Shown here one piece after another: positions 50,001 through 57,900 of a stretch of 64,000 nucleotides of DNA. The stretch spans positions 416,001 through 480,000 of the forward strand of contig CAVYRF010000001.1 of NCBI GenBank assembly GCA_963770895.1. The letters run 5' to 3'. The notes beneath the pieces were generated by a model, which worked only from the letters and a program-made list of their open reading frames with translations, did not search any database and was not told the DNA's origin. Source of the stretch: an uncultured Acidobacteriota bacterium. GTDB lineage: Bacteria > Acidobacteriota > Thermoanaerobaculia > Multivoradales > UBA5704. Made by a program: the position numbers and the translations under genes. Position 1 is the stretch's first letter. The number at the start of each line of letters is the position of its first letter.

Positions 50001-53000
50001 CAACGGCAAGCTGGACCGCAAAGCGCTGGCGCGGACCGAGGCCGCGGCGGCCAGCGCGGAGGCGCCGTGCGAGGCGCCGCGCACGCCGACGGAAGAGATC
50101 CTGACCGAGCTCTGGCTGGAAGTGCTGGGCCGCGACCGGATCGGGGTCTGCGAGAGCTTCTTCGACCTGGGGGGGCACTCGCTGCGGGCGACCCAGGTGA
50201 TGTCGCGGGTGCGCGAGGTGCTTGGGGTGGACCTGCCGGTGCGCGCGCTGTTCGAGGCGCCGACTGTGGCCCTGCTGGCGGCGCGGATCGAACGGGCTCG
50301 GGGCTCCGTGCCGCCGGCGCCGCCGATCGTCGCGGTGCCGCGGCAGGGGGAGCTGCCGCTCTCCTTCGCCCAGCAGCGGCTCTGGTTCCTGGACAGGTTG
50401 GAACCGGAGAGCCCGGCGTACCACGTCCCGGCCGCGGCCAGGCTGGATGGGCCCCTCGCTCCGGGCGTGCTGACGAGCGCTCTCGGTCAGCTGGCGCGAC
50501 GCCACGAGGCGCTGCGCACCACGTTCCCGGAGAGCGACGGCGTGCCGTTCCAGCGGATCGCCGGCGACTTCCACCCCTTCCTGCCGGTGATCGACCTGGA
50601 GGGCCTGCCGGCCGCGGCGCGCGAGACCGAGGCGCTGCGCGTGGCGACCGCCGAGGCGCGGCGCCCTTTCGATCTGGCTGCCGGCCCCCTGGTCCGGAGC
50701 CGTCTGCTGAGGCTCGGCCGCCGGGAGCACATCCTGTCGGCCACCCTGCACCACATCGTCTCGGACGGCTGGTCCATCGAGCTCCTGCTGGGCGAGCTGG
50801 CGCGGCTCTACGGCGCGATCGCGCGGGGCGAGCCCGCGCTGCTGCCGGAGCTGCCGGTGCAGCCCGCGGACCACGCGGTGTGGCAGCGCGCCTGGCTCAC
50901 CGGCGACGTCCTTGCAGCCCAGCTCGCCTACTGGCGCGGCCAGCTCGCCGGGGCGCACTGGGAGCTCAACCTTCCCCGTGACCGGCCCCGCACCGCGGCG
51001 CGCCAGCCGCGAGGCGCCTCCCTCCCCCTGCATCTCCGGCACGGGCTCGCGGCAGCTCTGGCGGGGCTGAGCCGCCGCGAGGGGACGACCCTCTTCATGA
51101 CCCTGCTGGCCGCCTTGCAGGTCACGCTCGGACGCCTCGCGGGCCAGGACGACGTGCTGGTCGGGACCCCCATCGCGGGCCGCAATCGCCGCGAGCTCGA
51201 AGGGTTGATCGGTTTTTTCGTCAACACCCTGGTGCTGCGCGCCGACCTCCGCGGGGAGCCGCCCTTCCGTGCTTTCCTGGCGCGGATCCGGCAGGCGGCC
51301 CTGGACGCCTATGCGCACCAGGACCTGCCGTTCGAGCGCCTGGTGGAGGAGCTCGCGCAGGAGCGCGACGCCGGGCGCTCCCTGCTGTTGCAGGTGATGC
51401 TGGCGCTGCAGAATCCGCCGCGCGCGCGGAGCGGCGACACCTCGGGGCCGGCGATCACGCCGCTGGTCCTCAAGATGGGCGCCGCCAAGTTCGAGCTGTC
51501 GCTGACGATCGAGGAGAGGGCGGACGGGCTGGCGGGGTCGCTGGACTACGACGCCGGCCTCTACGACGCCGCGACCGCGCAGCGCCTGCTGGGGCATTTC
51601 GGCGTCCTGCTCGCCGGCTGCGTGCGCGATCCCGGGGTGCGCCTGTCGGAGCTGCCGCTCCTGGCCCCCGAGGAGCGCCACCAGCTGCTGGTGGAGTGGG
51701 GGGACACGGCCGCGGTGGACCCGCGGGAGGGGCTCTGTGTCCACCACCTCGTGCTGGCCCAGGCGCGGCGAACTCCCGCGGCGGAGGCGGTGATCTCCGG
51801 GCGCGACCGGCTCACCTACCGCGAGCTGGAGAGGCGGAGCGCGGCCCTGGCGGCGCGGCTGGCCGCGGCCGGCGTCCGCCCGGGCTCTTTCGTGCCCGTC
51901 CTCCTCGACGGTGGCGCGGAGCTGGTGGTCGCGTGGCTGGGCGTGCTGCGAGCGGGAGCGGCGTTCGTGCCGCTGGACCTGGCGTGGCCCGCGGCGCGGC
52001 GCGACGCCGTCCTGGAGGAGCTCGGTGGAGGAGCTCTGCTGGCAGAGGGCGCTCCGGCGGACCTCGACCTTGCGCGCTGGCGGGTCCTGGCGCCGGCGGG
52101 CACCCTTGCCGCGGCGGTGGCGGCGGATGCGCCGTCGCCGCCGGAGGCGCCGGTCTACGCCATCTACACCTCGGGCTCTACCGGCCGGCCCAAGGGGGTG
52201 GTGGTCCCTCACCGTGGGATCGTCAACCGCTTCCTGTGGATGGACCGCTACTTCGGTGCGGCCGCGGCGGCCCGCGTGCTGCAGACGACCCGTCCGGTTT
52301 ACGACAGCGCCGTCTGGCAGCTGCTCTGGCCCCTGACCCGAGGGGGCGCCACCGTGACGACCCGCGCCGCGGAGAGCTCCGACCCCGAGGCCCTCAGCGC
52401 CCTGATCGCCGGCCACGGCGTCACCATGACCGACTTCGTGCCCGCCGTGTTCCAGCTGCTGGTCCAGCAGCTCCAGGACAAGCCGGCAGAGGCCGCCCGC
52501 CTGGCCTCCCTGCGGGCGGTCGTGGTGGGTGGCGAAGAGATGGTTCCCGCCGCCGCGGAGTCGTTCCTGCGGATCCTCCCGGACGTCGCGCTGGTGAACC
52601 TCTATGGGCCGACCGAGGCGAGCATCGGCTGCATCTGCCACCGGGTGGCCGCCGGGGACGGGGTGCACGGCCGGGTGCCGATCGGCCGGCCGATCTCCAA
52701 CGCGCGGCCGCTGATCCTGGACCGGTGGGGGAACCCAGCCCCGGTCGGAGCGGCCGGCGAGCTCTGCCTCGCCGGCCGCTGCCTTGCCCAGGGCTACCTG
52801 CGCGATGGGGGGCAGACGGCCGGGGCCTTCGCGCCCAACCCCGTGCCCGAGATCGCCCACGACCGCCTGTACCGGACGGGAGACCTGGCCCGCTGGATGC
52901 CCGACGGCAGGATCGACCTGCTCGGGCGCGTCGACCGCCAGGTCAAGATCCGCGGCCTGCGGATCGAGCTGGGCGAGATCGAAAGCGCCTTGCGCGCCCA

Positions 53001-54984
53001 TCCGCGTGTGTCCGCCGCGGCCGCCCTGGCCTGGCAGCCCGGCACCGACCGCGGCGACCGTCTGCTGGCGGCCTGTTTCACCGTCCGGCCGGGAGAGCCG
53101 CCGCCGGCGGAGGCGGAGCTGCTCGACTTTTTGCGCCGGCGCCTGCCGCCGTCCATGCTGCCGTGGCTCCTGCTGCGCCTGCGGACCCTGCCGCTCACCC
53201 CGGCAGGGAAGGTCGACCGGCGGCAGCTGGCGCGGGAGGTCGCGCGCCACTGGCGTCCCGTCGCGCCAGGTTCCGGCACCGCGCCGCGCACCCCCGTCGA
53301 GAGCGTCCTGGCCGGGATCTGGGCCGACCTGCTCGGGCGCGAGCGGATCGAGCTGGAAGACGACTTCTTCACCCTGGGGGGCCATTCGCTGCTGGCGACG
53401 CGGGTCGCCTCGCGCGTGCGCCGGGCGTTCGGTGTCGAGCTGCCGATCCGCGCCCTTTTCGAGGCTCCCACCCTGGCCGGCCTGGCGCGGCGGATCGAGG
53501 AGGCGCTCCGCTGTGGGGAGGCGGACCAGGTGCCGCCCCTGCTGCCGGTGCCCCGCGACCGGGATCTGCCGCTGTCCTTCGCCCAGCAGCGGCTGCTCTT
53601 TCTGTACATGCTCGCGCCGCGGGACGCGTCCTACGGCGTGCCCTTCGGCCTGCGCCTGAGCGGGCCGCTGGAGCCGTCCCGCCTGCGCCGGGCTCTGCGC
53701 CGGCTGGTGGACCGGCATGAGGCTCTCCGTACCACCTTCGCCTTCGCCGACGGCGGGCCGGTGCAGCGCGTCGGCCCGGCGGGGGCGCAGGAGATGCCGC
53801 TGCTGGACCTCGCGGGGCTCCCCAGGGAGCTGGCCGAGCGGGAGGTGTGGCGCGTGGCGGCGGCGGAGGCCCTGCGTCCGTTCGACCTGCTCCGCGGCCC
53901 GATCCTGCGCGCGGCGCTGCTGCGCCTGCGGCCGGACGAGCACGTGCTGGTCGCCGCCGTCCACCACGTGGCGATGGACGGCTGGGCCGGGGGGGTGTTC
54001 CGCCGCGAGCTGGCGGCGCTCTACGAGCAGGCAACGGCGACCGAGCTGCCCGAGCTGCCGGTCCAGTACGCCGACTTCGCCGCCTGGCAGCGGGGCTGGC
54101 TGCAGGGCGATCTGCTCGACCGGCAGCTGGAATACTGGCGGCAGCGGCTCGCCGGCCTGGCGCCGTCGGAGCTCGCCGTCGACCACCCCCGGCCACCGGT
54201 CCGCAGCGGCAGGGGGGCCGCCCTCCCCATTCACGTCGAGGCAGGGGTGGTGGAGAACCTGAGGGGCCTGGGACGGCAGGAGGATGCGACCCTTTTCATG
54301 TCGCTCCTGGCCGCCTTCGCCGTCCTCGTGCGCCAGCGCTCCGCGCGCGACCGGGTGGTCCTCGGGACGGACATCGCGAACCGCACGCGGGCCGAGCTCG
54401 AAGGGCTCATCGGGCTCTTCGTGAACCAGCTGGTGCTGAGCTTCGACCTGTCGGGAAACCCCACCTTCCGCGAGCTCCTGCGCCAGGTGCGCCGGCACAC
54501 CTTGGAGGCCTACGCCCACCAGGATGCTCCCTTCGACAGGCTCGTCGAGCTGCTGAGGCCGGAGCGCGACATGAGCCGCACCCCCCTCTTCCAGCTCAAG
54601 CTCGTGCTCCAGAACGTCCCGGCCGAAGTCCAGTCGCCGCGGGCTCTCACGGTGACCGCCCTCGAGCTCCCCAGGCCGACGGCGAAGTTCGACCTGCTGC
54701 TCAACCTGTTGGAGACCGGAGATGGTCTCGCGGGACACGCGGAGTACAGCACCGACCTGTTCAAGGCGACAACGATCGGCCGCCTTCTCGACGACTTCGC
54801 GCGGGTCCTCCGCCAGGTGGCCGAGCGGCCGGACACCCACCTGCGGGAGATCGAAGCGGAGCTCATCTTCCTGGATGTTCGTGAAGAGGAACGGCGGGCT
54901 CAGGAGCGGCGGAGCCTCTCCCTGGCCCGCGCGCGCCGGCGGACCCTGGTGGCGGCCGGCGCGGTGGAGGACCAGGGGCAGTGA
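47026..54984 (+). CDS. NRPS C-A(Ser)-PCP-C-A(unknown)-PCP-C
   Basis: N-terminal docking-like LSPAKRALFE. C motifs HHVVFDG, HHIVSDG, HHVAMDG. A1 pocket residues read as DVWH.SLVDK (Ser-type); A2 as DSWDVGLIGK (unassigned). Two LGGHSL PCPs. Confidence 0.93.
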   Translation: MSEHAKGIDVLSPAKRALFERLLADRARARRGAATPAGGISPRPAGLATLPLSFAQQRLWFLDRLDGGNPAYHVPIPVRLRGALDVGALHASLLAVIGRHEVLRTTFDEAAGQPFQVIHARASLPWAEADLRGLGEAGEEESRLAVSVAARRPFDLRAGPLLRGLLLRLDEREHVLLLTIHHVVFDGWSISLLIRELDALYRAALAGEAAHLPPLPIQYADFALWQRQWEAAGGLDAQLGYWRRQLAGVDELLPLPTDRPRPAVQTHAGATRSGRLEPELAHRLRRLARAQGTTLFVVLLAAFQGLLHRLTGSPAIAVGTPIANRNQVETDGVIGFFVNTLVMRAEVSGDLRFRELVARVREVALGAYAHQDLPFEKLVEALQPRRDLSRPPLFQVLLAFRNTPKAGFALPGLDVEMLPLDAGVTQFDLTLSMSEDGETIPIDLVYNLDLFDPPTASRLLGYFRNLLAALGGSGERRVGELPLLTAAEAHQSLREWNDTGTGYGAGGTPLHELVAAQAARSPDRTALVFGGACLTYGELDARANRLAHHLVHLGVKTESRVGLAVERSFDMVIGILGILKAGGAYVPFDPHGPAERLARMVDDARIEALLTEDGAIGRLPRTAVPVVCLDTGWAEVAQYPIFAPAIAVAADQLAYVIFTSGSSGRPKGAMNTHRGVCNRLLWMQATYALTAADRVLQKTPASFDVSVWELFWPLLTGACLVVARPQGHQDPAYLARTMAAAGITTVHFVPSMLQAFLAEDLPAGACLRRLICSGESLSPELARRASARFGETVELHNLYGPTEAAVDVTAWACPAAADLHSVPIGRPIANLRVHVVDGGRRPVPIGVCGELLIGGVGLARGYLRRPDLTAERFVPDPFGAAGERLYRTGDLARLLPSGVIEILGRIDQQVKIRGVRIELGEIEAALERAPAVRAAAVLARPDRTGESTLMAWVAVDGPPPGVAELRDFLRRQLPEVMVPALFTFVEALPLNANGKLDRKALARTEAAAASAEAPCEAPRTPTEEILTELWLEVLGRDRIGVCESFFDLGGHSLRATQVMSRVREVLGVDLPVRALFEAPTVALLAARIERARGSVPPAPPIVAVPRQGELPLSFAQQRLWFLDRLEPESPAYHVPAAARLDGPLAPGVLTSALGQLARRHEALRTTFPESDGVPFQRIAGDFHPFLPVIDLEGLPAAARETEALRVATAEARRPFDLAAGPLVRSRLLRLGRREHILSATLHHIVSDGWSIELLLGELARLYGAIARGEPALLPELPVQPADHAVWQRAWLTGDVLAAQLAYWRGQLAGAHWELNLPRDRPRTAARQPRGASLPLHLRHGLAAALAGLSRREGTTLFMTLLAALQVTLGRLAGQDDVLVGTPIAGRNRRELEGLIGFFVNTLVLRADLRGEPPFRAFLARIRQAALDAYAHQDLPFERLVEELAQERDAGRSLLLQVMLALQNPPRARSGDTSGPAITPLVLKMGAAKFELSLTIEERADGLAGSLDYDAGLYDAATAQRLLGHFGVLLAGCVRDPGVRLSELPLLAPEERHQLLVEWGDTAAVDPREGLCVHHLVLAQARRTPAAEAVISGRDRLTYRELERRSAALAARLAAAGVRPGSFVPVLLDGGAELVVAWLGVLRAGAAFVPLDLAWPAARRDAVLEELGGGALLAEGAPADLDLARWRVLAPAGTLAAAVAADAPSPPEAPVYAIYTSGSTGRPKGVVVPHRGIVNRFLWMDRYFGAAAAARVLQTTRPVYDSAVWQLLWPLTRGGATVTTRAAESSDPEALSALIAGHGVTMTDFVPAVFQLLVQQLQDKPAEAARLASLRAVVVGGEEMVPAAAESFLRILPDVALVNLYGPTEASIGCICHRVAAGDGVHGRVPIGRPISNARPLILDRWGNPAPVGAAGELCLAGRCLAQGYLRDGGQTAGAFAPNPVPEIAHDRLYRTGDLARWMPDGRIDLLGRVDRQVKIRGLRIELGEIESALRAHPRVSAAAALAWQPGTDRGDRLLAACFTVRPGEPPPAEAELLDFLRRRLPPSMLPWLLLRLRTLPLTPAGKVDRRQLAREVARHWRPVAPGSGTAPRTPVESVLAGIWADLLGRERIELEDDFFTLGGHSLLATRVASRVRRAFGVELPIRALFEAPTLAGLARRIEEALRCGEADQVPPLLPVPRDRDLPLSFAQQRLLFLYMLAPRDASYGVPFGLRLSGPLEPSRLRRALRRLVDRHEALRTTFAFADGGPVQRVGPAGAQEMPLLDLAGLPRELAEREVWRVAAAEALRPFDLLRGPILRAALLRLRPDEHVLVAAVHHVAMDGWAGGVFRRELAALYEQATATELPELPVQYADFAAWQRGWLQGDLLDRQLEYWRQRLAGLAPSELAVDHPRPPVRSGRGAALPIHVEAGVVENLRGLGRQEDATLFMSLLAAFAVLVRQRSARDRVVLGTDIANRTRAELEGLIGLFVNQLVLSFDLSGNPTFRELLRQVRRHTLEAYAHQDAPFDRLVELLRPERDMSRTPLFQLKLVLQNVPAEVQSPRALTVTALELPRPTAKFDLLLNLLETGDGLAGHAEYSTDLFKATTIGRLLDDFARVLRQVAERPDTHLREIEAELIFLDVREEERRAQERRSLSLARARRRTLVAAGAVEDQGQ

Positions 54985-57900
54985 TGCAGCAGGCCGCCAG
55001 CGCGGGGTTCCGCCTCTCCCCCCAGCAGCAGCACGTCTGGTGGGCGCAGCTGGGGGAGCACTCCGCCGCGTTCGTCGTTCAGGCCCGTATCGACGTCACG
55101 GGCCCGCTCGACCGCGCGCGTCTCGCGGCGGCCCTGGCGGCGGTCGTGGAACGGCACGAGATCCTGCGCACCGCGTTCCCCCGACTGCCCGGCCTGGGCA
55201 TACCGGTGCAGGCTATCGCGGGCGCCGGCGCGATCGATTGGCGCGAGAGCAGCCTGACCGGCCTCCCGGCTGCTCTCCGCCAGGCGGCTCTCGACCGGCT
55301 CTGCGACGACGTCCGGGAGCTCCCCTTCGACCTTGCGCAGGGGCCGCTGGTGCGCGCCATCCTGATCGTCCTGGGCGGCGAGCGCCATGCCCTGCTGGTG
55401 ACCCAGCCTCCGCTCGCCGCCGATGGGCCGTCTTTGGACCTCCTGGCCGCGGACACCGCCGCCGCCTACCACGGCCGCCTCGCCGGCGAGGCCCTGCAGT
55501 ACGCCGACCTGGCCGAGATCCTCCACGAGTGGCAGGGCTCTCCTGCCGAGGAGGCCGGGCCTGCCTTCTGGCGTGATCAGGACCTCTCCGCCCTGGTGCG
55601 CGTGCCCGCGGGTCCGGCCGGCCTCCCCGACGGTCAGCCCTTCCGGCCGCGGCGGGTCCGCCGGCATCTCGGGCGTGCCGCCATCGAGGAGGCCGCCGCG
55701 CGGCTCGGGACCCCGCTCTGGCAGCTCCTGCTCGCCGGCTGGATGGGGGCGATCCACGCCTCGACGGGAGAGGAAGAGCTGGTGGTCGGCGTGCTGTTCG
55801 ATGGCCGGACCTGCGAGGAGTTCCGCGGCGCTCTCGGTCCGTTCGCGCGCTACGTCCCGGTCCGCGGGCGCGCCGCCGCGGACTCGACCCTCGCGGAGCT
55901 GTGCGGAGCGCTCGCCGACACCCTGGCCAACGCGGCACGGAGGCAGGACTTCTTTTCGTCCGAGCCGGTCGAAAGGCTGCTTGCCCAGCATGGCGCCACG
56001 GGATGGCCGTTCGGGTTCGACTACCGGCAGCGCGGCGAGCCCGCGGCCGTCCCCGGCTCCCCCCGGTTCGCCATCGGCGACGGTTACCTGGGTCTCGACC
56101 GCTTCGGCGTGCGCCTGTCCGTGCTCGACGATGGCCGATCGCTGCGCGCCGAGTTGACCTACGATCCGGCCCTGGTCCGGCCCGGCGAGGCCGGGCGCTC
56201 GCTTGAGCGGCTGGCGCGCGTGCTGGACGGCCTGCTTGCCGGCTCGCCGCTCGGTGAGATCGAGGTGCTGACGGATGACGAGCGGCGGGAGCTGCTGGCG
56301 CTCGACCGGACGGAGACGGCAGTGCCCGCCGGCCTGCTCGCCCACCAGCTGTTCGAGGAGCAGGCACGGCGCGCGCCGGACGCCCTGGCGGTGGTCCACG
56401 CGGGGTGTGCCTGGACCTACGGCGAGCTCGACGCCCGCGCCAACCGGCTGGCCCGCTGGATGTGCGCCGCGGGCCTGGGTCCGGGATCGTTCGTCGGCCT
56501 GTGTCTGCAGCGCTCGCCCGAGCTGGTGGCGGCCGTGCTCGGCACTCTCAAGGCGGGCGCCGCCTACGTGCCGCTCGACCCGGGCGCGCCGGCCGAGCGC
56601 CTGGCCTGGATGGCAGAGGATGCGGGGCTCTCGCTCCTGCTGACCCGGGAGTCGCTCCTGCCCCTGCTCTCCGGCGAGGACGGCGAGGCCCCTCCCCCTG
56701 TCGCCGATCCGGCCGACCTCGCCTACGTGATCTACACCTCCGGCTCGACGGGGCGGCCGAAGGGGGTGATGATCGCCCACCGCGGCCTGGTCAACTACCT
56801 GCTCTGGGCGCGGCAGACCTACGGCGCCGGCGAGGGGGCGGGGGCCCCCGTTCATTCGGCGATCGGCTTCGATCTCACCGTGACCAGCCTGCTGGTGCCG
56901 CTCGCCGCGGGCACCGCGGTCACCCTTGTCGACGAGGGCCGCGCGGTCGAGGCGCTGGCCGGCGCCCTGCGTGGGACCGGCGGTTTCAGTCTGGTCAAGC
57001 TCACCCCGGCCCACCTGGACGTGCTCAACGCCGTGCTCGCGGAGGGGGAGCTCGCTGGACGGGCGCGGGTCCTGGTGATCGGCGGCGAGGCGCTGCGGGG
57101 CGAGAGCGTGGCGCCGTGGCGGGAGCACGCCGCGGACACCCGCCTGATCAACGAGTACGGTCCCACCGAGGCGACCGTCGGCTGTTGCGTCCACCAGGTC
57201 GTGCCGGACGATCCCCAGGCCGGCGCCGTGGCCATCGGCCACGCGATCGCAAACACCCGCCTGCACGTGGTCGGCCGCGGCATGCGGCGGGTGCCGCTCG
57301 GGGCGCCCGGCGAGCTGTGGATCGGCGGCGACGGCCTCGCGCGCGGGTACCTGGGGCGCCCCGAGCTGACCGCCGAGCGCTTCGTCCCCGATCCGTTCGC
57401 CGAGGAAGCCGGCAGAGCGGGGGAGCGCCTCTACCGGACGGGCGACCTGGTCCGGCGTGGACGGGACAGCGGGCTGGAGTTCCTCGGCCGCGTCGACGGC
57501 CAGCTCAAGATCCGTGGCTTCCGGATCGAGCCTGGGGAAATCGAGGCGGTGCTGGCTGCCCATCCGAAGGTCCGCGAGTGCGTGGTCCTGGCGCGCGAGA
57601 CCCAGCACGGCAAGCAGCTCGTGGCCTGCGTGGTGCCGCGCAGTCCAGCCGGCCGGCCGGCGGCCGCCGAGCTCCGCCGCCAGCTGGAGGAGCGGCTGCC
57701 GGACTACATGGTGCCTTCGTTTTTCGCCGTGCTGGAGAGCCTCCCGCTGACCCCCAACGGCAAGGTCGACCGCCGGGCGCTGCTGGCGTCCGGCCTGCCG
57801 GAGCACGAGGAGACGCCCTACGCGCCGCCCCGCACGCTGGTCGAAGAGGTGCTGGCGGAGATCTGGATGGAGCTGCTCGGCATGAGCCGGGTGGGGATCG

